Shown: piece after piece, positions 8,828 to 18,807 of the stretch
Layout: each line of letters starts with the position of its first letter
Position numbering within the stretch: the first letter of the stretch is position 1
Origin: an uncultured SAR86 cluster bacterium
GTDB lineage: Bacteria > Pseudomonadota > Gammaproteobacteria > Magnimaribacterales > D2472
Reading direction: 5' to 3'
Length of the DNA stretch: 64,000 nt
Assembly (NCBI GenBank): GCA_902512655.1
Contig: CABXJR010000001.1
Span: forward strand, 51,896 to 115,895
Program-made: the position numbers and the translations under genes
Notes under the pieces: model-generated
Told to the model about the DNA's origin: nothing
Databases searched by the model: none
The model's input: the letters and a program-made list of their open reading frames with translations, nothing else

Positions 8828-9676
8828 TTACTTGGTTTGTTCTCTCCTAGACATGAATGCAAGTCGTTCTAGCAGCTGAACATCCTGTTCATTTTTTAGT
8901 AATGCGCCATATAAAGGCGGTATGGCTTTTGAAGTATCAGCATTCTTTAGAATTTCGTCTGGTAACTCATCAGACATAAGCAATTTCAACCAATCAATTA
9001 ATTCAGAAGTTGAAGGTTTTTTCTTCATTCCAGGAATTTTTCTAATATCAAAAAATAAATCTAAGGCATCTTTAACAAGAGTCTTTTTAATTTTAGGATA
9101 ATGAACTTTAACAATTCCTTCCATGGTTGGACGATCTGGGAACTGAATATAATGAAAGAAACATCTTCTTAGAAATGCATCAGGTAACTCTTTTTCATTA
9201 TTAGAAGTAATAATTATTAAAGGTCTTTTTTTAGCTTTTATAGTTTCTCCAGTTTCATAGCAATAAAACTCCATACGATCGAGCTCTTGCAACAAGTCAT
9301 TTGGAAATTCAATATCTGCTTTATCTATTTCATCTATAAGCAGAACTACTTGCTTGTCTGATTCAAAAGCCTCCCATAACTTCCCTTTTTTTATGTAATT
9401 CTTTATATCTTTTACTCTCTCATCACCAAGTTGAGAATCACGAAGTCTTGTTACGGCATCGTATTCATAAAGTCCTTGTGAGGCTTTCGTCGTCGATTTA
9501 ACATGCCACTCAATTAAATCCATGCCTAGAGATTCAGCAACCTCAATAGCAAGCAATGTTTTTCCTGTTCCTGGCTCTCCTTTAATAATTAGAGGTCTCT
9601 CCAGTGCAATAGTTGCATTTACTGCCATACTGAGATCTTCAGTAGACACATAATTTTTAGTACCAGTAAATTTCAT
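8828..9676 (-). CDS. MoxR-family AAA+ ATPase (CoxD-like)
   Basis: Walker A GEPGTGKTLLA, Walker B LLIDEIDKA, LYEYDAVTRLRD motif. It directly abuts the VWA gene, the usual MoxR-VWA pairing. Confidence 0.85.
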   Translation of the reverse strand: MKFTGTKNYVSTEDLSMAVNATIALERPLIIKGEPGTGKTLLAIEVAESLGMDLIEWHVKSTTKASQGLYEYDAVTRLRDSQLGDERVKDIKNYIKKGKLWEAFESDKQVVLLIDEIDKADIEFPNDLLQELDRMEFYCYETGETIKAKKRPLIIITSNNEKELPDAFLRRCFFHYIQFPDRPTMEGIVKVHYPKIKKTLVKDALDLFFDIRKIPGMKKKPSTSELIDWLKLLMSDELPDEILKNADTSKAIPPLYGALLKNEQDVQLLERLAFMSRREQTK

Positions 9677-9693
9677 TAGGTTTCCTTTTTTTA

Positions 9694-10536
9694 TTATGAA
9701 GAAATTTTTTCTTCTGATTTTAAGATTTTTGCGAGCTGTCTGCTAGTGGCAACCAAATTACCATTTAAATCCCATATGTAACAATCTTGCTCAAAATACC
9801 CATTGTTAATGTCTTTGGCATGACCGTCGATAAATAGTTTACTTGTTTGAGGCAGTTGACGAATATTACAAGTTAATGAAAGCGTGGGAACCCAACCTAA
9901 TGGACCATATTTATTTTGAACAACTGGCGGCAAAATATCTGCTAAGTATGAAAGAATCAATGTATCTGCGATTCCTCCTTTTAATTCTAGATAAGCAGAG
10001 CATCTAGCTTCAGCAACATCATGGGAAATTTCCCTATCCCACCAAGCATGATCTGGATGAACTGACATATCTAATTGCTGAATAAATGAGGGAGTAGAGC
10101 CTAATTTAAAATTCTCATAATTCATCACTTTAAAATCTTCTTCTGGAAATGAATCAATGATCGTTGGCAATGGAGTAGAAAGACCGGAATGACCTTTCAT
10201 ATATTCAAAATCTGAAAATAATGCGGAGTAAAGACATGTTAATTTATCATTCTGAATCAATTTAACTTGACCCATTGATGAACCTCTTGAGGTCCTAAGC
10301 ACTTCAACGTGTAACTCAGCTTGCTCAGGTTCAGTCCTATCTAGATAATATATATTTGAGTTAATTGCGCTAGAATGAGGTAAGAGTAATTTCATCGCTT
10401 TATTCGTCAATGCCAAAAGATATCCTCCATGAGGAGTATTGCCAACAAAATATTTTGGGTCGGGTGTGAAAGAGAAAACAGTGTCTGAGAGTTTTGTCAG
10501 ATCTAAAGCTGCTTGAAATTGTTCAAATTGATTCAT
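9694..10536 (-). CDS. Acyl-CoA thioesterase-like (double hot-dog, TesB-like superfamily)
   Basis: 280 aa. The N-terminal NTPHGGYLLAL motif and overall size fit the thioesterase-like superfamily. Recognised by eye only. Confidence 0.55.
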   Translation of the reverse strand: MNQFEQFQAALDLTKLSDTVFSFTPDPKYFVGNTPHGGYLLALTNKAMKLLLPHSSAINSNIYYLDRTEPEQAELHVEVLRTSRGSSMGQVKLIQNDKLTCLYSALFSDFEYMKGHSGLSTPLPTIIDSFPEEDFKVMNYENFKLGSTPSFIQQLDMSVHPDHAWWDREISHDVAEARCSAYLELKGGIADTLILSYLADILPPVVQNKYGPLGWVPTLSLTCNIRQLPQTSKLFIDGHAKDINNGYFEQDCYIWDLNGNLVATSRQLAKILKSEEKISS

Positions 10537-10581
10537 ATTGATAGATAATTACATCATTATTGTAATTGATAGAAAATAAAA

Positions 10582-11367
10582 ATGGCTGGATTTGTAGACA
10601 TTGCATGTAATTTTACTCACGATTCTTTTAAAGATAATTTAGAGGAAATAATAGCTAATGCAGAGCTTGAGGGTGTAGAAAAATTTGTTTTACTTTGCGC
10701 AAGTTTAAACGATCTAAAACCAATAAAAATAATACAAAATAAATCACCTGAAAAATATTTTGTTTCAGCAGGGATCCATCCCCACCATGCAACTGAAATA
10801 CGTGAAATTAATTATGATGATCTTCTTGCTAAGCTATGTTCAATCAACCCAAATGTCATTGGGGAGACTGGATTAGATTACTTTAGAAATATTTCCCCAC
10901 CAGATGTTCAAAGAAAATCCTTCAAAATACATATAGAAATTGCAAAGGAGCTAAACCTACCTCTCTATCTTCATCAAAGGGATTCACATAAAGATTTCAT
11001 AAATATTATAAAAGAAAATAGAAACAACTTTCCTAAATTCGTAGTGCACTGCTTTACTGGCACACAAGAAGAATTAAATGATTATTTAGATTTAGGTGCT
11101 TATATTGGTCTTACTGGATGGATCTGTGATGCAAAGAGAAATATTGAACTACGCAAATCAATTAAAAATATTCCTATTGATAGGATGATGATAGAAACTG
11201 ACTGTCCATACCTTATTCCTAAAAACCTTCCCAATAAACCAAAAAAAAATATCAATGAGCCTAAATATCTTCCCCATATAGCCAATGAAATAGCTGAGCT
11301 AATAGGTATGAAAATAGAGGAATTAAAATTAGCAACGCGAAGCAATGCTATTGAGTTTTTTAGCTAA
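10582..11367 (+). CDS. tatD: TatD-family metal-dependent hydrolase/DNase
   Basis: GIHPHHA, GETGLDYFR, YLHQRD, HCFTG and IETDCPYL are the TatD metal-ligand motifs. Confidence 0.85.
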   Translation: MAGFVDIACNFTHDSFKDNLEEIIANAELEGVEKFVLLCASLNDLKPIKIIQNKSPEKYFVSAGIHPHHATEIREINYDDLLAKLCSINPNVIGETGLDYFRNISPPDVQRKSFKIHIEIAKELNLPLYLHQRDSHKDFINIIKENRNNFPKFVVHCFTGTQEELNDYLDLGAYIGLTGWICDAKRNIELRKSIKNIPIDRMMIETDCPYLIPKNLPNKPKKNINEPKYLPHIANEIAELIGMKIEELKLATRSNAIEFFS

Positions 11368-12466
11368 AACAAGATCTATCTAGATTATATTTAGCACAGA
11401 TTTCATCATTGTTTGCTCCAGCCTTAACAGAAGAATGTTTGATCTGTGGGTTTGTATCTGAGAATCTAGGTGCCGGAGCTGGCTGAATAACTCCATCAAC
11501 CTCAATAAAAGAATTTCTTGCTTTCATGTGATGATGCTCAGGGGCCTCAGACAAACTCAGTACTGGTGCAACACAAGCATCAGACCCATCAAATATATCT
11601 GCCCATTCATCACGAGTCTTTTCTTTTATCTTATCTCCAATAATAGCTTTTAACTCTGGCCATAATTCTTTATTGTGCTGATCTTGGAACTTTTTGTCAG
11701 AGATCTCTAACTTTTCTAAAAGAACTGAATAAAATTGAGGTTCAATTGAACCAACTGCAAGAAATTTTTGATCAGCACATTCATAGGTATCATAAAAATG
11801 TGCCGCTCCATCAAGTAAATTAGACTCTCTTTCCTCCAACCAAAAACCAGAAGCTTTAAATGCATAAAACATTGACATTAGCACTGAGGCACCGTCTACC
11901 ATTGCAGCATCAACAACTTGTCCTTTTCCACCTTGTTTAATATTAAGCAAAGCAGAGACGATACCTAAAGCTAGAAACATGCCTCCACCACCAAAGTCAC
12001 CAACCAAATTTAAGGGAGGCGGAGGCGTCTGCCCCTTCCTTCCCATTGACTCAAGGGCGCCAGTAAGTGCAATGTAATTTATATCATGGCCAGCAGTTTT
12101 AGCTAATGGGCCATCTTGTCCCCACCCTGTCATCCTGCCATAAACTAGATTTGGATTTATCTTCAAACATTCATCAGGACCCAACCCTAAACGCTCCATA
12201 ACACCTGGCCTAAAACCTTCAATCAATCCATCTACGCTTTGTAGAAGCTTTTTAATCTCATCAATAGTTTCTGTATTTTTTAAATCTGCAGTCAATGATG
12301 ATTTGGACCTATGCTGAAAATCAATTGTGTTGCCATGACCATGTTGAGATGACCTATCAATTCTTATAACTTCAGCTCCTAAATCAGCCAGAATCATTCC
12401 ACAGAAGGGTCCAGGACCTATGCCAGCAAATTCTACAAGTGTAATTCCATTTAAAGGTCCAGCCAT
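11360..12466 (-). CDS. Family III CoA-transferase (CaiB/BaiF; alpha-methylacyl-CoA racemase-like)
   Basis: N-terminus GITLVEFAGIGPGPFCGMILADLGAEVIRIDR and RMTGWGQDGP are typical of the family. Confidence 0.85.
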   Translation of the reverse strand: MAGPLNGITLVEFAGIGPGPFCGMILADLGAEVIRIDRSSQHGHGNTIDFQHRSKSSLTADLKNTETIDEIKKLLQSVDGLIEGFRPGVMERLGLGPDECLKINPNLVYGRMTGWGQDGPLAKTAGHDINYIALTGALESMGRKGQTPPPPLNLVGDFGGGGMFLALGIVSALLNIKQGGKGQVVDAAMVDGASVLMSMFYAFKASGFWLEERESNLLDGAAHFYDTYECADQKFLAVGSIEPQFYSVLLEKLEISDKKFQDQHNKELWPELKAIIGDKIKEKTRDEWADIFDGSDACVAPVLSLSEAPEHHHMKARNSFIEVDGVIQPAPAPRFSDTNPQIKHSSVKAGANNDEICAKYNLDRSCFS

Positions 12467-14926
12467 CTATAGCTCCTGAGATGAAAAAGCATTAAAAGAT
12501 TTTAGTAGAAATGGTAACAAAGTTAATGATGCAAAAAAAGAAACAATCAAGGCAAAAGCTGTAAATAAGCCAAAGAGAACGGTTGGAGTGAAATTCGAAA
12601 GAGCAAAAATAGAGAATCCCGCAGCTATGGTTGTTGCTGTATAAAAAACAGCTCTTCCTACTGAGTCATGGGAGTTTAAGATTCTTTGATCGTTGGTTAT
12701 ATTTTTGTTCTCAACCTCAGTTTTATATCTATAAAGATAATGGATTGTATTATCTACTGCCATGCCAACACTTATTGCGGCTACAGTAATTGTCATGATA
12801 TCTAATGGAATGTTTAAAATTCCTAATAAGCCCAACACAGAACCTGCTGTTATTAAATTTGGAATTAGTGCAATTAATGTTATTTTTATTGATCTAAATA
12901 TCATCAACAACATCAAACCAATCGCAGTGAAAACTAATCCCAAAGATTTAATTTGTGATGAAAATAAAGATTGAAGCATATTGTTATATAAAACAGCTAA
13001 GCCGGTTACTTGAAATTGATCTTTTTCTAAATTAAATTTATTAACTAGATCATAGTTAATTTTTTTAAGTAACTCATTTCTATTCAACGTTTGGGCAGAC
13101 TCAAGAACTCTTGCTGAAATCCTTACTTTTGAATCATCTTGATTTATATAAGAATAGAGCAAGGTTTCTTTTATATCTTCTGGTAATACTGATCGCAATA
13201 AGGCTAACTCTAGATCATTTAAGTCATTATCATCATTAATCATTCTAGCTAATTTTATTCCGCTAGCAACGCTCAAAACCTTTCCCATTTCAGGAATGTC
13301 ATTCAGGTAGTCATGGATTTCTTCGATTTTACCTAGAGATGACTTATTCCACCAATAACCAGATGCATCGCTTGACTCATCTTCGAATAAGTCATCTTCA
13401 AATAACTCGTCTCCATCAAATTCTGATTCATCAAAAATTTCTTCAGGCGGCTGGTCAATCATAATATCTAATGTCGCGGTGCCACCTAATTCTTGGTCCA
13501 GCAACAACATACCCTGATATATTTCGGTTTCAGGAGAAAAATAATCTATGAATCTGTTTTCAATCTCAAGTTTTGAAATTCCATAAATCATAGTGACGGT
13601 AACGATAAGAAAAAAGACACTAATCTGCTTTCCTTTATTTACGGTAAACGTACCTAATCTTATAGGTATTTTATTTATAAATTCTTGTGAATGTGTGGTT
13701 GTTGATTTAATTGCAAGTTTCATGGCACTCGGTAAAAAGGTAAATGTAAAAATAAACGCAAAAAACATTCCAACTGACATCATCTTCCCAAATTCAATAA
13801 CAGGTTTGATGTCACCCATAATCAACGAAAGAAAAGCTATCGCAGTAGTTAATGCTGCCAATAAACAAGGCATAACCATCTGATTTAAGGTTTTATAAAT
13901 AGCTTCATCGACAGAATCTGAGTCACGTGAGATCTCAGTAAACCTAACTAGTATATGAACAGTTAATGAAATAGTTAGAATCAACAAAAGAGCAATAAAA
14001 TTAGAGGAAATAACGCTTATTTTCCAATTCATTAACCCAAGTACGCTGGCTGTAAAAGCTGTTGTAACAAATGCATTGCCTAATGGGAGAATTACAAACC
14101 AAATATTTTGAAAAAATATAAACAGCATTAAACAGAAGACTATCGCAACACCTCCACCAAAAACAGCTAAATCTGATTTAATAAAACTCATCATGTCTGT
14201 GGCTATCATTGATGCGCCGCCTAAAAATAAAGTCCCTTTCTCACTATTTGCTTTTAAAAGCTGTCTAACTTTAGTAATTAGATCTGCTCGTTGAATTGAT
14301 TCTTCATCATTGATCTGAGAAATCTGTTGATTAATTTCACGAAGATCTGAATTCTGTGTGGATGAAAGGCCTTTTAAATTTAGCAAGTCGTATCTTTTAT
14401 TAATTAAATCTCTATACAAAGGGTTCTCGCGCAAAGTAATCTGTATTGCAGTGGTATTGCCAGAGGGGCTAATAATAAGTTCTGAGTAAACTGGATTATT
14501 TATGATTTCTTCTTTAGCTGAGTTAAGATCGATACCCTCAGTTTCTAGTGTTTTTAGATTATCCATTAAATCAGCAAGTGGGACTTTTGGTTGAAAAAAG
14601 ATTGGGGCATCTAGGATAGATAAAACAGAATCAACGGTGGGTAGTTTCTCAAGTGCAGTAGTAAGATTTTTAATAGTTGCTAAAGATTCAGATGCGAATA
14701 AATCAGATTCTGGAGTAAAAGTAATAATTAAGAAATCTGAATTGCCAAATATTTCACCTGTTTCTCTATAAATTTTAAAGGCTTCATCCCCTTCTATAAC
14801 CAAAGCATCAGAAGATGCATCAAGCTTGAAGTTCTTAAGACCAATTGCAGCTGAGAAGAAAATAGCAACTATAAAAACCATTACAACTAGTGGTTTTTTT
14901 AAGATAAATTGGAAAATCTTCTTCAT
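12467..14926 (-). CDS. MMPL/RND-superfamily exporter (HpnN-like architecture)
   Basis: 819 aa. Two blocks of about 6 TM helices each follow a large soluble loop, a sterol-sensing/MMPL-like arrangement. Confidence 0.75.
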   Translation of the reverse strand: MKKIFQFILKKPLVVMVFIVAIFFSAAIGLKNFKLDASSDALVIEGDEAFKIYRETGEIFGNSDFLIITFTPESDLFASESLATIKNLTTALEKLPTVDSVLSILDAPIFFQPKVPLADLMDNLKTLETEGIDLNSAKEEIINNPVYSELIISPSGNTTAIQITLRENPLYRDLINKRYDLLNLKGLSSTQNSDLREINQQISQINDEESIQRADLITKVRQLLKANSEKGTLFLGGASMIATDMMSFIKSDLAVFGGGVAIVFCLMLFIFFQNIWFVILPLGNAFVTTAFTASVLGLMNWKISVISSNFIALLLILTISLTVHILVRFTEISRDSDSVDEAIYKTLNQMVMPCLLAALTTAIAFLSLIMGDIKPVIEFGKMMSVGMFFAFIFTFTFLPSAMKLAIKSTTTHSQEFINKIPIRLGTFTVNKGKQISVFFLIVTVTMIYGISKLEIENRFIDYFSPETEIYQGMLLLDQELGGTATLDIMIDQPPEEIFDESEFDGDELFEDDLFEDESSDASGYWWNKSSLGKIEEIHDYLNDIPEMGKVLSVASGIKLARMINDDNDLNDLELALLRSVLPEDIKETLLYSYINQDDSKVRISARVLESAQTLNRNELLKKINYDLVNKFNLEKDQFQVTGLAVLYNNMLQSLFSSQIKSLGLVFTAIGLMLLMIFRSIKITLIALIPNLITAGSVLGLLGILNIPLDIMTITVAAISVGMAVDNTIHYLYRYKTEVENKNITNDQRILNSHDSVGRAVFYTATTIAAGFSIFALSNFTPTVLFGLFTAFALIVSFFASLTLLPFLLKSFNAFSSQEL

Positions 14927-14933
14927 ACTAATA

Positions 14934-15242
14934 TTATTTTTTAGAACAATCTGGTGATTCTAATATCACTGGATTATTTTTAAATTCATCGATTGTAAAT
15001 ACTTGAATTGATAAAGCATGAATTTTATTCATTACATTATTGAGTGCGGAGTATACAGCTTGATGCCTTTGAACATTTGACATGTCATTAAAATTGTTTG
15101 AAATAATAACAAGTTTAAAGTGAGATTCAGAATCAGGAGGAGCATTATGCATAGAACTCTCATTCTCTAAGAATAAATGCTCGACAGCAAATTCTCTATT
15201 CAGGCATTCAATAATAGTCTCATAGATAATCATATTAGACAC
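14934..15242 (-). CDS. BolA-family protein
   Basis: The ENESSMH...SHFKLVIISNNF...RHQAVYSAL pattern matches the BolA fold signature. Confidence 0.8.
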   Translation of the reverse strand: MSNMIIYETIIECLNREFAVEHLFLENESSMHNAPPDSESHFKLVIISNNFNDMSNVQRHQAVYSALNNVMNKIHALSIQVFTIDEFKNNPVILESPDCSKK

Positions 15243-15675
15243 CCTCCATATTCAGCAAGTATCTTTTGTTATGAACGCCTAATGCAAATTGCCCAACAGA
15301 TTGATCTTGCTTGATCACTCTATGACATGGAACAAATAGAGGGATTGGGTTCAATTTGCATGCAGTACCTACTGCTCTTGAAGCATTTGGCGAACCAATT
15401 TTTTTTGCAATCGCTAAATATGACGCTGTTCTTCCTCGTGGTATAGAGCATAAAGCATCCCAAACTAATAATTGAAAATCTGTACCCTGAAGATCAATTG
15501 GCGGCAGATATTTCAGACCCTTTAAAGAGAAAAAACCATTTATGCTTTTTTGTAATTTTAGATCACTTGGATGCCTAGATCGATTCCGACCAAGAAAGGA
15601 TAATTTTCTAAGCCCTTTGTTGCTATAAAAAGCATCGAAGAAACCAATGGGCGATGAAACGCTTTTAATAAACAT
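15235..15675 (-). CDS. ogt: Methylated-DNA--protein-cysteine methyltransferase
   Basis: Active site VPCHRVI, RAVGTACKLNP, and the TASYLAIAKKIG HTH. An 8-nt overlap with bolA. Confidence 0.85.
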   Translation of the reverse strand: MFIKSVSSPIGFFDAFYSNKGLRKLSFLGRNRSRHPSDLKLQKSINGFFSLKGLKYLPPIDLQGTDFQLLVWDALCSIPRGRTASYLAIAKKIGSPNASRAVGTACKLNPIPLFVPCHRVIKQDQSVGQFALGVHNKRYLLNMEGV

Positions 15676-15715
15676 TGGTATATTTTAGCATTTGAGTTAG
15701 ATAAAAAATCTTATA

Positions 15716-15749
15716 TTAAAAAAAAGAGAGGCTAGCCTCTCTTTTTTTT
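15716..15749. terminator. Bidirectional Rho-independent terminator
   Basis: A-run, then AGAGAGG-ctag-CCTCTCT, then T8. It sits after the ogt stop. Confidence 0.7.
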
Positions 15750-15763
15750 GAAGTACTCTTTTT

Positions 15764-16534
15764 CTAATTACTTGTATCGTAAATCCATTCCATAGCATAA
15801 AGATTATTTGGCGAGCATGATTCAATATTTTCTCTCCATCTCTCCCCAAAACCATTGTCCCTTCTATAGTCTCGAATTGCTGGATAAGTTTTTGTTGCTT
15901 CCGCTCTTTTGCCTCGATGATAATAATGAGTCATTGTCATCATATCAAAAGGATTACCATCTGCGAATCCACGATATGGTCTCAGATAATGAACCCCAAA
16001 ACCATCCCTGCCAAGCTTAATATTTGCTTCTTCATTATCAACAGCAAGCTTCAGAATTTTTTCCCAAGAGGCATTCTCAGTGAATTTGCATGATCTAAAG
16101 TCAACCATCTGAATTTTATCTCGCTCATCAAGAGGGATTCTCATGTGTAATGCAGCTGTATTAAAAAAAGCAACATTGCGGTCACATATACCAGGATTCT
16201 GAGAACCCTTCGCATCGTAATCATTTAAAAATGCCCCATACTCTTTGTACATCTCCTCTCCATTGGGCCAAGTGCCCCATAAAACATAATCATGATCACT
16301 GGTAAGCCCAGCAATGACAGGGGTAAAGATTGTTTTAGAGTATTGAAGGCCATTAGCTCTTAAAAATTTTTCATATTTCTTTGCGTGCTTAATTACATCG
16401 TCATAACCTTTTCCAGGTTTATACTTACAAAACGTTGCTTCGGTTCTAACAACATATTGCTCAGATGTAGCAAACGATGATGAAGCAAAAATTAGCAAAG
16501 GTATTAATATTAGATATCTCATATCATTCTCCAT
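15764..16534 (-). CDS. Secreted hypothetical protein (two-module)
   Basis: Signal peptide MRYLILIPLLIFASSSFA. Two roughly 110-aa halves each begin with an F/SxCK motif (ATFCKYKPG / FRSCKFTEN). Confidence 0.6.
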   Translation of the reverse strand: MENDMRYLILIPLLIFASSSFATSEQYVVRTEATFCKYKPGKGYDDVIKHAKKYEKFLRANGLQYSKTIFTPVIAGLTSDHDYVLWGTWPNGEEMYKEYGAFLNDYDAKGSQNPGICDRNVAFFNTAALHMRIPLDERDKIQMVDFRSCKFTENASWEKILKLAVDNEEANIKLGRDGFGVHYLRPYRGFADGNPFDMMTMTHYYHRGKRAEATKTYPAIRDYRRDNGFGERWRENIESCSPNNLYAMEWIYDTSN

Positions 16535-16588
16535 ATTTATACCTTATAGACTAACACAGAGGAAAAAATTAATTGAATAATTAAAAAA

Positions 16589-16663
16589 TGGTGCGGCATC
16601 CGAGATTCGAACTCGGACCATCTGCTTGGAAGGCAGATATACTAGCCATTATACTAATGCCGC
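16589..16663 (-). tRNA. tRNA-Gly (anticodon UCC)
   Basis: The reverse complement GCGGCATTAGTATAATGG...TCTGCCTTCCAAGCAGA...CCGAGTTCGAATCTCGGATGCCGCACCA has an acceptor stem of 7 bp, anticodon loop CTTCCAA and an encoded CCA. Confidence 0.95.
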
Positions 16664-16770
16664 TCTTTGAAGAGATCGTATATTACACTATCTTTGAATT
16701 AATCTTAAGGGAATTAAATGCTCTTTTAGATTTTCATAAACATTTTTATTTAATTGGTTTAAGATTAATC

Positions 16771-16965
16771 ATGATATTTGATTTTCATCATCTAAAAAAA
16801 GCAAACATCAATTATATTGCTCATGGAATAAGAGTAATGAAGGTATCAATCATTCTCATTACACTTGGGATCATGGGAATCATTCATGGCCTTCTTCCAT
16901 TTACTTTTGTTGAGACAGTAAGCAATGGAGTTAAAAAGATTGCTGACGAGATGTCACACTTTTAG
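16771..16965 (+). CDS. Small membrane protein, DUF6356-like
   Basis: Internal ATG of track ORF 16588-16965, whose N-terminus is tRNA antisense. MIFDFHHLKKANINYIAHGIRV...IIHGLLPFTFVETVSNGVKKI resembles the H-G-L-L-P-F...T core I recall for DUF6356. Confidence 0.45.
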   Translation: MIFDFHHLKKANINYIAHGIRVMKVSIILITLGIMGIIHGLLPFTFVETVSNGVKKIADEMSHF

Positions 16966-16966
16966 A

Positions 16967-17701
16967 TTACAAAACTTTATATCGACGATAGGTTTTAGAT
17001 GACTGACAAGTGGATTGCTCTAATAATAATTCTTGGATCTCCTTGCTAACTTCTAATGCCTGCCAAGATTCAACAAAACCTTTTTGAGACTCAAGAGATG
17101 AAAATACATTAGTCCATTGAAAACTATTGTTGGATCCCCCTTCTTCAGAATAAAGTATATCTACAGGTGAATTATTTTTTATCAATGAATCGGTGAATTG
17201 CTCAAGAACAAGTTTCATTGTTGCGTAATTAAATCCATCTTTATATTCACACTCTAATATCTCGGAAATTACAGGAGAAGCAGTAATAGTGTGACTTGTT
17301 AATCGCAAAGAACTGTTAGGAACCTTAGAACTTTCACAATTAGCAATATCATCAAAACTTAAGGCCGCAAGTGTAAGATTAAATCTATCCAAGGAATTAG
17401 TTTCAGAATACTTCAGCAATAGATCAAAGAATTGTATTTCTGTTTTATCTTCTGTGACTGGAAATAAGAAATATAATTCCTCGGCATCGCCTCCCATCTT
17501 TTGGAAGCCATTAACAAGCTTTGGTATAAATTTTTCAACAGAGTTAAGGGTTATACCTGCTACTAACTTACAATTAAATGATGATTCTTTAGAAGAATAT
17601 TCTGGTTTAATAAAATTACTTAATTCTAAATTAGAGTTTTTGGAATCTCCCCCGCAGCTTGCAAGAAAAACAATACAAATAAGTTTAATATAGCGTTTCA
17701 C
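16967..17701 (-). CDS. Hypothetical lipoprotein (two-module)
   Basis: Lipobox FLASC-GG. Two halves have a conserved Cys context (SFNCKLVAG / ILECEYKDG), reminiscent of 15764-16534. Confidence 0.6.
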   Translation of the reverse strand: MKRYIKLICIVFLASCGGDSKNSNLELSNFIKPEYSSKESSFNCKLVAGITLNSVEKFIPKLVNGFQKMGGDAEELYFLFPVTEDKTEIQFFDLLLKYSETNSLDRFNLTLAALSFDDIANCESSKVPNSSLRLTSHTITASPVISEILECEYKDGFNYATMKLVLEQFTDSLIKNNSPVDILYSEEGGSNNSFQWTNVFSSLESQKGFVESWQALEVSKEIQELLLEQSTCQSSKTYRRYKVL

Positions 17702-17740
17702 TTTAGAATTAAAATATTTAAATAATGAGATAATAATATT

Positions 17741-18724
17741 ATGAAAAATTATATATGCATACCAGTTATATCGTTGTTCCTTTTGTTAATTATCCCCACA
17801 AAGGTTTATGCATATAAATATGGGCTAGGCTCATGCCTTGATCAAGATCGGGAACAGAGTATTTGGTCATCTATTGAAAAAGAGGATCTCGATGGATTTA
17901 TATTTCTAGGAGATAACGTCTATGGAGATATGCCAAGTGGGAAACTATCCAAGATGGAGAAAGCTTATAAAACTCAAAAAACTAGATTGCCTAAATGGCT
18001 GATGAATGAGAAAGAGATATTAGCAATATGGGACGATCATGATTTTGGTTTGAATGATGGAGGTGGGGATTATTCTTTAAAAAAAGTAGCTGAAAAAATG
18101 TTTTTGAATTTCTGGAATATCCCTAATTCAGATCCAAGAAGAGTTAGAGAAGGTATTTATTTCAAAAAATCCAAAAATATCGAAGGGGTTGAGATAGAGA
18201 TAATTGGCTTAGATACGAGATACTTTAGATCAAAGCTAAAGGGTAAAAAAAATGCTTATAAACAAAATAAGGATTTTGAAGCAACTATTCTTGGTAAAGA
18301 TCAATGGATTTGGTTGGAATCATCAATATCTAACTCTAATGCGGATATCATTGTGATTCTTTCTTCCATTCAAATTTTAGCTACCAATCACCCATATGAA
18401 AAATGGAATAATTTTCCTATAGAGCGAAACAGATTGCTGAAATTCATCGCTAACGCTGCAAAAAAAAGGACAGTTATTGCAATCACTGGTGACAGACATA
18501 AATCAGGAATTTATCAAAATAAAGATTTTGTTGAAATTACGGCTTCATCATTAAATAAATCTGGATCAAAAACCAAAGAAACCGATCCTTTGCTAATAGA
18601 TAAAATATATCCTGTTAAAAATTTTGGGGTTCTAAATATTGAGCCTAGTAAAAATAAAATTACTGTCTCAATTCATGATAAAAATGGACTAGAGCTAAAT
18701 TCAAAAATAATTGATATCCATTAA
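17741..18724 (+). CDS. PhoD-like metallophosphatase (secreted)
   Basis: Signal peptide. FLGDNVYGD and WDDHDFGLNDGG are metallophosphoesterase/PhoD motifs; also ITGDRH. Confidence 0.75.
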   Translation: MKNYICIPVISLFLLLIIPTKVYAYKYGLGSCLDQDREQSIWSSIEKEDLDGFIFLGDNVYGDMPSGKLSKMEKAYKTQKTRLPKWLMNEKEILAIWDDHDFGLNDGGGDYSLKKVAEKMFLNFWNIPNSDPRRVREGIYFKKSKNIEGVEIEIIGLDTRYFRSKLKGKKNAYKQNKDFEATILGKDQWIWLESSISNSNADIIVILSSIQILATNHPYEKWNNFPIERNRLLKFIANAAKKRTVIAITGDRHKSGIYQNKDFVEITASSLNKSGSKTKETDPLLIDKIYPVKNFGVLNIEPSKNKITVSIHDKNGLELNSKIIDIH

Positions 18725-18807
18725 ATAAATGATTATTTTTAATAATCTTTTAAGATTTTTCAAAAGATAGTATTGTTAAATATCAACAAAATATAAAAAA
18801 TGAAAAA

